Positions 15,001 to 20,999 of a stretch of DNA of 64,000 nt are shown piece after piece. The position numbers and the translations under genes are program-made. Under the pieces are notes generated by a model. The model saw only the letters and a list, made by a program, of their open reading frames with translations. It was not told where the DNA came from and did no database searches. Source of the stretch: a virus; the IMG/VR virus record IMGVR_UViG_3300046786_000157, positions 32,001 through 96,000 of that record; one strand, given 5' to 3'. Numbering within the stretch: the stretch's first letter is position 1; every line of letters begins with the position of its first letter.

Positions 15001-16856
15001 CTGGTGCAACAGGTCAAACTGAGTTCATTTTATTGAACAACGATGACATGGACAACGTAACTAATGCTGTAGTTGAAATAGACGGAGTTAGAGTTACTGA
15101 TACTGAATATACCATTGATGCATATGCAGATACTCTTACTTTTGTGACTGCACCAAGTGCAGGAGCAATTATTTCAGTAACTAGTTACAATGATACATTA
15201 CGTCAGTATTTCACTACTCAGTACGGCATTACGGGTAATACAGTATCGGCAATCAGTGCAATATCTAACGCTATAACTTCGCCTATCGCATCTACTAACG
15301 TAACTGCAACTGACGGAACTACTGAGTATATTACGTGTGTTTCTACTACTGGATTTATTGTAGGACAAACAGTAGAGTTTAAGGGTACTGGTTTTGGTGG
15401 CATTGCAACTGATGGTACAGTTTACTTTGTACGTGCTATCATTGATAGTACTCACTTTACTATTCAAAATGAATCTGGTACAATAATTAACTTGTCAACA
15501 GCTTCAGGATTATGTGTAGCTTATGTCGGTGGACAGCCCGCAGTTCGTGTAACTACTAATACTGCTAACGGTTATGCTGACGGTGATGTTGTTATTATCG
15601 ACGGAACTACCGGCTCAACACAATTGAATAATCAAATATTCTACGTAAAAGTAATAAGCTCAACACAATTTGACTTGTATTCTGAACCATACAATTCTTC
15701 ATATGCCGCAGTTAATTATCCAGTCACGGATATTTCTGCATATACAGGCGGAGGATACACATGGATACAAAACATATTCCCGATCATTACAGTAGAATCT
15801 ACTGGAACAACTGTTATTGTCGATAGTCATAGAATATTAGCAAACACTACACAACTAGTTGTTGATACTCCTGTACTATTCTCATTATTTGGAACACAAA
15901 TCGGTGATGTGTTGAACTCAGGAATTGTTGTAGGAACAACATACTATGTAAAAGAAATATTCAACGTAAGTGAGTTTTCTATCTCTGAAACACGTGGTGG
16001 TTCTGAGTTTGCATTAGTTGCTGACGCACAGACATTCAATATCACTCAGTGGGAACAAGAAAACGTTGACAGACTTTGGGTCACGGTTAACGGATACAGA
16101 GTTCCTTCTAGCTCATTGAGAATTAATCCTAATAATCAAGTGAGTATATTGACCGCTATAGCATCCGGTGATGAAGTTATCATGACTAGTATGATTCCAA
16201 GTGCTACACCAAACGAAGAGGTTTATCAATTGAACATTAATCAAACAAATCAAGCGACTGTGTATAGAGCAAATACTAATACTAGAACATGGTTGACTGC
16301 ACCGTTGTATAACACTTCAAGCAGTATTCAGGTTCAGGATGTTACTCGTGTTACTGATACTATAGTTCAGGAAGTAACTGCTCCTGCTGAAGTAGACGGT
16401 GTCACTAGTATTGGTTTGACAGCAGATAAGAATATAATTTCAGCAATCACTGTATATAATAACACTAGTTCTCAATTAGTCACAAACTATACAATAACTG
16501 TTGTTGATTTAGCCCCAACACTAGTTATTTCTTCGGGAGTTTCAGCAGGTGATTCAATAACTATCACGATTATTGAGGGTAATTTGGTCTATATCAACGG
16601 TGAGCAAATCAAGTTCACCTCCGTGGATCTGGAAAATAACACATTATCCGGTCTACAGAGGGGCACGAACGGTACCGGTGAGCAGTTCGCTATCCCGTTA
16701 TATGCTGAAGTTTTTGGTATATTGTCTAGTAATAGAATGACTAACGTAGAGTACGCAGAAGTATGGAATTCATACGATTATAACACTACGGACGGTGATC
16801 CTCTACAGATTAGCAATACAGCCCCTGCAATATTCTTAAATACGGACGTCAGCTAA
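3..16856 (+). CDS. Giant modular virion structural protein (tail/baseplate-associated), 5'-truncated, >5,600 aa
   Basis: The frame of the 102..16856 ORF stays open back to base 3 (SVNDKIVFTGTVFGG...), so the true start lies upstream of the window. Thr/Ser/Asn-rich. About 15 copies of a ~50-aa repeat (G.P..F.G..FGG....YYV....F.IS), FG-GAP-like repeats (~5170-7040) and BNR/Ycf48-like VAVGxNG...SSDG..W repeats (~12400-13540). Lies directly before tail-spike genes. Confidence 0.8.
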   Translation, partial: SVNDKIVFTGTVFGGVTSGAVYYINNIIDDYTFMISLAQDGDVFPVSTDTGSMTATVTPLTTTVTVATANLFGSIQVGQYITDSTNLLPTNSIISAINQTTTTTTITVTWTSDSLFLTTAVAALVTTDTTVDNYALFEGSRIVFTVDEDPEVRNKIYVAHFSTISSSGSPVLTLSEASDGEVLPNEQTVAFRGYNNAGKDFHFDGIEWFSSQQKVNANQPPLFDVYDSNGISFGDRSVYVGSSFAGSKLFAYGIASAGLDDTVLGFPVRYSSVDNVGDISFDVSLNSDTFDYVSGTNPITQKVNTGYVYNYTSTTSYVRELGWQTAVAPSIQYQLFQLTYGPETLDTFFLDIAPLGETQSEWPVFQVYADNVLLDSTQYSYTTNNNSTTIVMLYTPVTTQIIEVVMLSDQVSKSAFYTIPVNLNNNPLNEDLTVANIGDIRGQYQSIFYNNPNTTGEVFGPNNYRDLGNVVPWGNKIIQNSASLVLPSVFLRKQNHNLFNALMYNSREYISFKSLLIDTVNKTAYSRLQTPAEMLDNALDQMAASKTDSEPFFWSDMLPSKAAYVANTYSFANSLDVSIYPLTRVYDFATANYYGVLVYLVRTTNGVTQTTQLIRDVDYTVSATAPSLTVTLDLLPNDQVIIKEYNQTYGSYAPNTPTKMGLYPASIPGVVLDSSYTIPTYFIKGHDGSYNKLYGSYDPTTNSLVDFRDQALLEYETRVYNNLKLSNVIPIQEYEVMPGFFRNTDYSNDEILKIYSETFLNWVGQNRVNYKRQIYNKQDQYSWNYYQSGNKIDKAVIQQGNWRGVYQYFYDTTNPDTSPWEMLGFKNMPSWWSDRYGPAPYTSDNLVLWGDLAAGINWNNGNPVVIEQAIRPQLLEVLPVDSEGNLVSPFVSLVGNYNSNIFQRDWKVGDAGPAEFSYRRSSSYPFDLMRILALTKPAEFFNLGVDVDHYKYNAEFNQYLVNNRSHLKLSDIDVYGNGTAVTSYVNWIVDYEKQVGVDATQNISDLLKNVDVRLIYRVAGFTDKNLLKFYVEKGTPNSRNASLLIPDESYSVLLYDNQPFDRIVYSGVIIQLTKNGYTVFGNSQSDAYFTIQDPLINGNYTTVEVDDLTVKLANDYADSVSYVPYNTEFYTVQEVSQFIESYGTYLERQGVLFDQVENGVPVNWRQMVAEFMYWSQTGWQTGSIVTMNPAATLLAIDKENSIVQPLTLRQQNFILNQNLYPIQAKDMSVLRDGTAFTVQPLNQGDTVAYGQFNMSNFEHGIVFDNVTLFNDIIYNTITGLRQTRILTKGTKTAEWNGTVDAQGFILNQDNIQEWNKEVKYTTGSIVKYKNKYWIATKIIQAKELFEERDWKQTDYNEIQKGLLPNSSTRSYESTLYYDVNKANLENDADLLSFSLIGYRPRDYMALADLTDITQVNVYKNMIKNKGTRNATNAFKGANLPQGGIDYELFENWAILSGEFGGVLNSNFVEFKINEKYMTGNPSIVGLTRATPDEGVQQEVPIYSLFNYGRPVTDANILPTVPTNTPSTIFPDAGYVNFNDVKMVSYFYNNMASAINQNGTVIPLDDFYVRDYVWLADYLGTWQVYTPTSMGQVVTAKNNLNGTVTLTFATPHNLSKYEAFAVVNFDVSINGYYITTLVIDPYRVIINLNLNPNILNVTGQGIGFKFQSQRVATPADIANLPLLDSEFIKNKVWVDANDDGAWAVYRKGINYQYESEITKENTVTFGSAVAYTSTLGYLISDAGDGKAYRYTYNDLTNVYNLVQTISHGTSFGTAIAYADNIFAISEPTTAAQVHIYDLQNTTLVDDLIVYQSPITALGGSTNWGSAVAISGDKNWLFISATDLNRVYVYRLSQVTSEYEYITYLTVAGLTTGDLFGYSIATDYYGDTVVISAPGKDYSATIDNWGYTYVFDRSIQNIEALYTTPVLSSQNFTLAWTPSTITTTATATVDSTNRITCTSTAGFVGGTLGQPVIFSGSVLPNSNIDPNTVYYIKTVVDATHFTISLTRNGDVFDVTTDSGSMIVNVQSTPLYVSVNGTILEDNDYAVIGNTISIVKSINAGDIVNVSGNQFTQVQVLTTEATPRVGVHFGQSVDTTTYASEIIVGAPFALNSENQEGAVYRYTNGGGKYGVIIGTSNCSLTVARNVLINGYLVSIPAGDAVVASNYINSSKITNVQASAFNGKLVISLIDNNLATPNEKLILAVTDSATLAELGISIFTQTQVVTCPHKTGPTQFGNVVKFNQAGSFVASAPTGTRYVSTTFDFSDDENQDDDTIFDNNTTQWVDSYPYAGAVYMFDYLAVDNESLLTPGKFAYAQSVNALNQEYGAQPLYGHAVDFSDYHVIVGTPNFTSGDSNGQVITYINASGQQDWSVYRSSSPVVDINRIQNIQLFSAETNNTLDNLDYIDPLQGKILGSVRENIDFISNIDPAGYNTTPVADSTQRPLAWTANKVGQIWFDTSAVRFVNYHQNDNTYNSKYWSTLFPGSNVAVYTWISSNVPPSSYTGPGVPYDRTVYSVDYISNPSGSLTPVYFFWARNTNIIFENIGKTLADSVIQAYILSPKSSGIAYFTPLLPNVFGLYNCSSYINANDTVLHIGYSTGTNDDVSHSRYSLIRANYADDFLPGLPTTTSTDTPQYLYDRMLDSMCGVDETGAVVPNPYLPKAVQLGVLVRPRQSFFINRFLALKNYLTYANEILSLYPITETRQSAFLNKSGEFYNTSDYWNYVNWWAVGYNDNTKSAVQVPIYADLAALEVSSGTIARVAANGDGKSETYVKNTDGTWTRIGLTDGTIAFSSALWDYAEARLGFGDNFYDTNVYDEYPSEQTRYIIRALNEQIYINDLLIYRNKSLILMFEYIQSETIESQNYLPWLNKTSFIDVAHTIRELLPLEVFQSDNQDFLSGYINEVKPYHVVVKEFLFKYTKTDVYEGDITDFDLPAKYNTTLEKFITPELVYSNPSSDNQYLPSDAIWNDPAYSQWFNNYGVTLTGQPDYPISMLATYIALNTNAFAVDNAYGFPINGVVKIGTELIGYSDVDRNLNVISGLTRGVDGTAITTHIPGETISMDLPAVLVLNGGRGYAEPPKVTAYIDTTIYPEPDEVAQLVAVMNLDSVLSIEVVNPGKGYAVLPEIIIDSAVNVTFSSSEVSVTTNTIQLYAPLLATGDIVKYDVMDGTTPIQGLAVGQWYYVRVLETVPTVTVGLYSRYNNAVNDQDRIELYSTGTGVGHILSEGARASCISSSSPVRENNIAIRFDRTTYNSQVIDWLAGRFYGSYYAGTYNNSQSISSSGITLETTQPPIDSILASAQGVSFEMVDVTNDQLLTWSSFIRSVKSTESANDSIRLSPLDGNNPDLSELSLNASGTTIGFYVGMPVKFKGAVGSSNIVNDTVYYVKEVLNELDFTISTTVNGSVFALGDQTISVAGLQCFVGEVTNTALITVNYPGIRTATNTTKTSNIVTAPLNPTGTGGTAGFYVNLPIFFTGNVFGGVIENLTYYVTTVIDSQTFTMSENQDPVIVTIYSANASTNIIVGSSTLELAVNDPVIFNNMTIAGSVVTNFGGIIDGTIYYVSSIINPTNFTISEVVNGGTFDITSTVVAASTTSASMTSQVDTVALTTATGEMAMNVSLPVSPGQVNGQLFTMYPTSEQYSGLSGTNGSIISRSIVKTLTSVNRIAITENSGGLTNVYNNLPVKVASNIGGLTSGTQYYVIENDYIEVEVTNTSSTGNALTCSSTASLYVDMPIIFSGTGLGTIDLAVEYYVKSIPSSTQFTVTNTPGGIETVLTNDNGTMTGTGSPYIVVSTTLGGSAVALSTATGPVTIDQTPIGTPVVDASYIMGGYRVVIEDGASGYAVDNTITILGTSLGGATTANDLVMTVDSIDSNGVILSVICSGTPAGSTEQYYLKVVSANQFEVYSNSQMTIPVSGIDFPYYGVVSTIATETVASSDEITVEDSSTFDINDPVVFTGTVFGGVTLGQTYYVIATPSATSVKVSETIGGSALALSNDTGTMTMAKFGDFIVLPEPFSFNQSVVKYNNRVYRCIVSNNDVEFIFGKWELLDSGNRYLNALDRIIGYYQPTANMPGLDLTQLVEGITYPNSTYKGNAFAPEQQFELDTILQDQPFYPTQVDNVSITWDGLTYLGASNTPDYSAVIASATGDEWTIAKLANTSLNFTDMIYAGGFYVLTTRNAATPIYRSNNGIDWTSNGQYTPYSATPYDDFPYDVTALDVASISLNSVGYSTSLNLWVAVGENIVTSSDTYIWRETFVFDDTLIHQFNGVDGVSVTSFTGFVAVGKGQEYDYSTGVTQTVYTNILMTSTNGLQWNKINSLTTKGFNSVTDNGSLIIVVGENGVIYSSVNSQLWLGVSESFVYGTFDTTNQVSVQSTLGFAVNDKIRFTSSFGSISSSTDYWIKTVDSSSRVTISTSLGGSTLTLTNAQPSATTQMYHYPETDTLNDVYFADSLFVAVGENGIIRTSSDGYAWTTQTSGTSENLNGVMFNSDDSVWIVVGDNNVILQSSDSGITWESTSLFTVDPTIYDVQGNEFMYGYGPEELVPGLVTDTITMTIATRPGTNWLAEEYAHVGYNVVSKEITPISTTQTVYSFARMVQTPTQLAVFEIDGTTGLSTTLVGPNSYSITPDYTIDWVTDTIILNTPLGGTPTNRLRVDVYETGNGDQLVKASTKTDPIRLNTSTGWDEIYVNCNYSAPIFNGSGLIQPGTSERNATAIQTDSTTDTILFEDVSQFSVNEPITFQGAVFGGILEDTTYYVKTVSTITNKITVSLTYNITTSTAGPTLALTSGTGSMVAVITVGSGAVWTAPLVYRNGGRLLRGTTGTVTKTNGGTNTITCNTTGAMIVGMHIVFSDTMFGNDIETENVTAGAFTVGQTYTIVSVGTTDFTSIGASANTRGVDFVATGVGSGTGVAAPIYFIDSIVDSNEFTISKTYLGATLDLSSATGGASFITNDFAFGIADNGVSAKMMFASHYDARDDYITYTLFGETTPEQYGYTIPEVQYFTGATGQTEFILLNNDDMDNVTNAVVEIDGVRVTDTEYTIDAYADTLTFVTAPSAGAIISVTSYNDTLRQYFTTQYGITGNTVSAISAISNAITSPIASTNVTATDGTTEYITCVSTTGFIVGQTVEFKGTGFGGIATDGTVYFVRAIIDSTHFTIQNESGTIINLSTASGLCVAYVGGQPAVRVTTNTANGYADGDVVIIDGTTGSTQLNNQIFYVKVISSTQFDLYSEPYNSSYAAVNYPVTDISAYTGGGYTWIQNIFPIITVESTGTTVIVDSHRILANTTQLVVDTPVLFSLFGTQIGDVLNSGIVVGTTYYVKEIFNVSEFSISETRGGSEFALVADAQTFNITQWEQENVDRLWVTVNGYRVPSSSLRINPNNQVSILTAIASGDEVIMTSMIPSATPNEEVYQLNINQTNQATVYRANTNTRTWLTAPLYNTSSSIQVQDVTRVTDTIVQEVTAPAEVDGVTSIGLTADKNIISAITVYNNTSSQLVTNYTITVVDLAPTLVISSGVSAGDSITITIIEGNLVYINGEQIKFTSVDLENNTLSGLQRGTNGTGEQFAIPLYAEVFGILSSNRMTNVEYAEVWNSYDYNTTDGDPLQISNTAPAIFLNTDVS

Positions 16857-16860
16857 ATGA

Positions 16861-16870
16861 TAAATAAATA
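16861..16870 (+). promoter_or_regulatory. T4-type late promoter (TAAATA, tandem)
   Basis: TAAATAAATA in the intergenic gap; the first TAAATA ends 5 nt before ATG 16872; no SD. Confidence 0.6.
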
Positions 16871-16871
16871 T

Positions 16872-17024
16872 ATGAATAATAACGAGGATAAGAATAAAGT
16901 TGAAACTACGGAAACCCCCGGACAAAAGCCAAATGAGTCCGGTGGTGTCTATTTTTCTTCACATTTAAAGATTTCAGATCCCAACACTAAAGAAATATTG
17001 GTCCAAATGCGAGGCGATAACTAA
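16872..17024 (+). CDS. 50-aa hypothetical protein resembling the N-terminus of the next gene
   Basis: Hand-translated MNNNEDKNKVETTETPGQKPNESGGVYFSSHLKISDPNTKEILVQMRGDN*. Fills the gap, and its TAA overlaps the next ATG (TAATG). Confidence 0.7.
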   Translation: MNNNEDKNKVETTETPGQKPNESGGVYFSSHLKISDPNTKEILVQMRGDN

Positions 17025-17644
17025 TGTCAGTAATTACACTATCTTACAAAATTGAAGGCTTTTTGAAAATCTACGACCCTAATGACGGGGAAGTATTCGT
17101 AGACAAGCACAATGCCATCAACTACGAAAATATGTCGGAAGCTATCGCTGACACACTAAGCAGTCGTGGTTACGGGGAAATCTATCAAATGGCTTTCGGT
17201 AACGGTGGTGCGTCAGTTGACGAAACCGGCGTTATTACGTATTTGCCACCTAATACGACTGGTCAAAATGCCGCACTGTATAATCAAACATATGAAAAAA
17301 TCGTTGACGATACTAGCGTTTTCAACTTAGATCCTACACGTAACAAAATGACAGTTTCCCACACTACAGGGAAAGTATACACTGACATTTTAGTTCAATG
17401 TCTATTAGACTACGGTGAGCCTGCAGGCCAAGCCGCGTTTGATAACAGCACACAGACTGATTCAAGCTACATTTTTGACGAATTGGGCTTATTGGCAAAC
17501 TACGGAAATGATAATGACGGCAACGTAATCACACGATTATTGACTCATGTTATCTTTCACCCTGTTCAAAAGTCATTGAACAGACAAATTCAAATAGATT
17601 ATACAGTTAGAATTCAAAGCTTGACTAACTTAGTAACAATTTAA
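17024..17644 (+). CDS. Conserved phage tail/baseplate-module protein (206 aa)
   Basis: Coupled ORF in the structural module; YIFDELGL and LLTHVIFHPVQKSLNR motifs; function not assignable. Confidence 0.6.
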   Translation: MSVITLSYKIEGFLKIYDPNDGEVFVDKHNAINYENMSEAIADTLSSRGYGEIYQMAFGNGGASVDETGVITYLPPNTTGQNAALYNQTYEKIVDDTSVFNLDPTRNKMTVSHTTGKVYTDILVQCLLDYGEPAGQAAFDNSTQTDSSYIFDELGLLANYGNDNDGNVITRLLTHVIFHPVQKSLNRQIQIDYTVRIQSLTNLVTI

Positions 17645-17646
17645 GA

Positions 17647-17652
17647 TAAATA
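17647..17652 (+). promoter_or_regulatory. Late promoter TAAATA
   Basis: Intergenic TAAATA followed by a GGAG SD upstream of ATG 17676. Confidence 0.55.
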
Positions 17653-17675
17653 ACAGAATATCGGAGTGATTTAAT

Positions 17676-18884
17676 ATGGCATATACAATTGTAAAGAGTG
17701 ATGGTACGGTACTGACAACTATTGCAGACGGAACTATCAACACAACAAGTACTTCACAGGGGTTGCCCGGAAGGAACTATGCTGGCTACGGACAAACACT
17801 AGACACTAACTTTGTGCATCAGTTGGAAAACTTTGCGGATGTAAATCCTCCTGCAAACCCTATCAGAGGCCAGTTGTGGTATAACACTAACACACAAGTT
17901 TTATTAGTTTGCCCTACAGACGGCGAAACTAACCCAGCTAACTGGTTCTCATTGACTTCTACCGCTAGCGGTGGAGCAACAACTTTTGGTTCTGTTACTG
18001 TTACTGGTAACTTGCAAGCAAATAACGTAATTGCTACTAACAACGTTCAGGGCGCAAACGGTATTTTTACTAACATCTCAGTAAGTGCTAACGCTAACAT
18101 TGCAGTAGGTAATATTACATCTGCGATACTAGGTACTGCTAATACTACTGCGATTACTTCAGGTTCAAATACGACAGCAGGCTCGTTAACAGGTACTTGG
18201 ACAGCTAACGGTGGATCATCTGGTAATACATTCGTTATTACTAACGGTAACTTGTACATTGCCAATACAGCTAGTGCAGGTATTAAATCAGATTTCTATT
18301 ACTACTCAAACGGTAGCCCAATCTCATTCGCAGGTACATATTCTAACGCTAACGTAGCGTCATATTTACCTACATACAACGGTGTAATTTTAACTACTAC
18401 AACCCAAGCTACTACATTGACAACTGGTGCAAATACAACAGCAGGTACAGTGACAGGTAATTGGACATTGAGTACAGGTTCACGCTTGAATGCTACATAC
18501 GCTGACTTGGCAGAACGCTTTGAGGCAGATGCATTCTATGATGCTGGTACTGTAGTTGAACTAGGTGGTGATAAAGAAATCACTGCGGTTCAGTATGAAT
18601 TGTCTGAAGACGTATTTGGCGTCGTATCTGACACAGCGGCTTACTTGATGAATGCGGGCGCAGGATCTGACACAACTCACCCTCCAATCGCAGTATCAGG
18701 TCGTGTTCAAGTTAAAGTTAAGGGTAAAGTCCGTAAGGGTCAACGCTTAGTTTCAGCAGGAAGAGGTATTGCACGTGCGGCAAATGACGGGGAAGCAACT
18801 GCATTTAACGTAATAGGTAGATCATTGGAACATAAAACAGACGATGCCATTGGCACAGTCTTAGCAATGGTAACGGTTAAATAA
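17676..18884 (+). CDS. Tail fibre/spike protein with C-terminal intramolecular-chaperone (peptidase G2/IMC-like) domain
   Basis: N-terminal MAYTI..DGT..GLPGRNYAGYG..N anchor, Asn/Thr/Ala-rich beta-repeat shaft, C-terminal YADLAERFEAD...GTVVELGGDKEIT...GVVS...GRVQVKV..KG..LVS domain. Confidence 0.7.
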   Translation: MAYTIVKSDGTVLTTIADGTINTTSTSQGLPGRNYAGYGQTLDTNFVHQLENFADVNPPANPIRGQLWYNTNTQVLLVCPTDGETNPANWFSLTSTASGGATTFGSVTVTGNLQANNVIATNNVQGANGIFTNISVSANANIAVGNITSAILGTANTTAITSGSNTTAGSLTGTWTANGGSSGNTFVITNGNLYIANTASAGIKSDFYYYSNGSPISFAGTYSNANVASYLPTYNGVILTTTTQATTLTTGANTTAGTVTGNWTLSTGSRLNATYADLAERFEADAFYDAGTVVELGGDKEITAVQYELSEDVFGVVSDTAAYLMNAGAGSDTTHPPIAVSGRVQVKVKGKVRKGQRLVSAGRGIARAANDGEATAFNVIGRSLEHKTDDAIGTVLAMVTVK

Positions 18885-18894
18885 GGAATAAAGA

Positions 18895-19845
18895 ATGTCA
18901 TACGCACAATTTGGTACAATTGAAGCAACTGATTACAACAACATGGTTGGTGGTAATCCAGTAACTACTTCAGGTAAATTAAACACAGTATGGGCTACAG
19001 GTGGTTCTACTGCAGGTTATGGCCAAACTGCGGCCGCAAACGTTAGTGTTGGTGGAACAGTTACTGCTACTAACTGGGCCGCACTTGTCTCTAATACAGC
19101 AAGCGCAGCCGCACATCAAGGCACAAGTATTACTTCTGTTACTGCACCCGTTTCTGGTGGTATAGTAACATATTTGTCTGCTATTCCTACTAACTTAACA
19201 ACTATCTACGGTAGTCGTTTAAATGCAGCCACACAAGGTAGTACAACATCAAACACTGCTACTATCGGTACAACATGGTCACAATTAGCAACGTTCACTC
19301 ACACTGTTACATTTGCTAACGGTGATGCCGCACGTTACTTCTTTAACTCAGGTGGTCAGTTAGCAATTACTTGCGCTCAATCAGGTGCATCTGGTATTAA
19401 CTTGTTATTCAATAACTTATGCTCTAACGTTGGCACAGTTGTTATGTCAGCTCCTACTTCAGGTTCAGTTTCAATTGCAGGCACAAGCTATAACGGTATT
19501 ACTAAAGTCGGTGGCGGTGGTAACGCTCCTACTATCAGTAGTGGTAGTGGTTATTATGCCATGACTACTGCAAACGCAACTTGTTTCACACAAACTGCTA
19601 GTACAGGTCCTAGTGGCTATCTAAGCACATTTATTCGTATTTTAGCTAAGAGTAACGGTACACAAGGTTCAAATGCTGATGCAGGCTCAGTCATTACTAT
19701 CTATACTATTTGGGACGAAGTTCCTGATGGTCTAGTTGTAGCCTCAGGTGGTACTACTACGTTGACTGTTCGCCCACCAGAAACAACTAATTTGGCTAAT
19801 AGTTGGGGTACTATTTCAGTGACCGGAACTGTCTCTGTAGTATAA
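18895..19845 (+). CDS. Putative virion structural protein (Thr/Gly/Ser-rich, 316 aa)
   Basis: AAGGA SD; composition and position after the tail spike. Confidence 0.6.
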   Translation: MSYAQFGTIEATDYNNMVGGNPVTTSGKLNTVWATGGSTAGYGQTAAANVSVGGTVTATNWAALVSNTASAAAHQGTSITSVTAPVSGGIVTYLSAIPTNLTTIYGSRLNAATQGSTTSNTATIGTTWSQLATFTHTVTFANGDAARYFFNSGGQLAITCAQSGASGINLLFNNLCSNVGTVVMSAPTSGSVSIAGTSYNGITKVGGGGNAPTISSGSGYYAMTTANATCFTQTASTGPSGYLSTFIRILAKSNGTQGSNADAGSVITIYTIWDEVPDGLVVASGGTTTLTVRPPETTNLANSWGTISVTGTVSVV

Positions 19846-19869
19846 TTTTATCAAGTCTTTGTATCTATC

Positions 19870-19891
19870 TAAATACTTGCAGGAGTATTTA
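19870..19891 (+). promoter_or_regulatory. Late promoter embedded in an RBS-sequestering hairpin
   Basis: TAAATACTT-GCAG-GAGTATTTA: 9-bp stem (one G-U). The 5' arm holds TAAATA (19870-75); the loop and 3' arm hold the AGGAG SD and the A of ATG 19891. Confidence 0.65.
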
Positions 19892-20196
19892 TGGATACAA
19901 AGACATTAATCGCTGAAGCCAAAGCCCGCTTCAATCACAATTCAACTAAAGCATATCTCAAAGACAAATACGATGGTAAACTTATCGTAGCCGAACAAGG
20001 TGGTCTTTGGAAAGCTAACTTAGAAACAATCAATTTTCTCAACGCAACAGATAAAGAAAAGGTCATTCTAATTGACACTTTTAATAATCCTGTGCAAGTT
20101 GACAGACAAGAACTATTATCTATCTTGCAAAATACATACGAGTCTGTTATGGATGAGTGGTATAATGAATGGTCTGATTTAGAGAAAAAACGATGA
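19891..20196 (+). CDS. Hypothetical protein (101 aa), first gene of the modification operon
   Basis: Strong SD; coupled (ATGA) to the next gene. Confidence 0.75.
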   Translation: MDTKTLIAEAKARFNHNSTKAYLKDKYDGKLIVAEQGGLWKANLETINFLNATDKEKVILIDTFNNPVQVDRQELLSILQNTYESVMDEWYNEWSDLEKKR

Positions 20197-20999
20197 GCAG
20201 AGGCGCATTACTATTTGCGTTTAACTCTCCCAAGTACAACTACTATGCAATGGCAGTTGCTACAGCTAAACGAATCAATAACTTTTTGGGACTACCTGTT
20301 ACGGTCGTTACTGATGAAGAATCAGCGAAGACCGACACCTCATACGAGTTTGATAATGTAATTATTGCTGACGCTGACAAGACAAACACTAGAGACAATA
20401 CTCTTTGGCTTAATAAAGGACGATATCGTGCGTATGAGCTAAGTCCATATGACGAAACTCTATTGTTAGACACGGACTATGTTGTCAATTCAGATAAGTT
20501 GTTAAAGACATTTGATACCGGTAATGATTTTTGCTGTCACGATACTACAAGTTTCATGATGCACCCTGGTGTACCGCAAGAAGTATTAAGCGCCTATAGT
20601 TTCAACACATTGTGGGCTACTGTAATCATGTTCAGAAAAACACAACGAGCTAAACATATATTTGAATGCTTAGAAATGGTTCAGAAAAACTATAATCACT
20701 ATGCTAACATTCACAACTTTATTGGTGGTGTATTCAGAAATGACTATGCATTGACACTAGCATTACGTATTGCAAACGGGCATAGCGAAGACCCTTCAGA
20801 TATTATCCCATGGAACTTATTACACGTAGGTAAGAATACAAGTGTCTATAAGAACAATGATGATGAATTTAATACCGAATATACTGTTATGTTTGACAAT
20901 TGGCAACGTGGTAAAATCCGCAAAGAATATACAATCATTAAAGATTGTGATTTCCATGTGATGAATAAAGATAACTTTATGGAGCTAATCAATGAATAA
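20193..20999 (+). CDS. Putative GT-A fold glycosyltransferase (GT8-like)
   Basis: YELSPYDETLLLDTDY with a DxD motif, GVFRNDYA, late HVMNK motif; paralogous to the next gene. Confidence 0.6.
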   Translation: MSRGALLFAFNSPKYNYYAMAVATAKRINNFLGLPVTVVTDEESAKTDTSYEFDNVIIADADKTNTRDNTLWLNKGRYRAYELSPYDETLLLDTDYVVNSDKLLKTFDTGNDFCCHDTTSFMMHPGVPQEVLSAYSFNTLWATVIMFRKTQRAKHIFECLEMVQKNYNHYANIHNFIGGVFRNDYALTLALRIANGHSEDPSDIIPWNLLHVGKNTSVYKNNDDEFNTEYTVMFDNWQRGKIRKEYTIIKDCDFHVMNKDNFMELINE

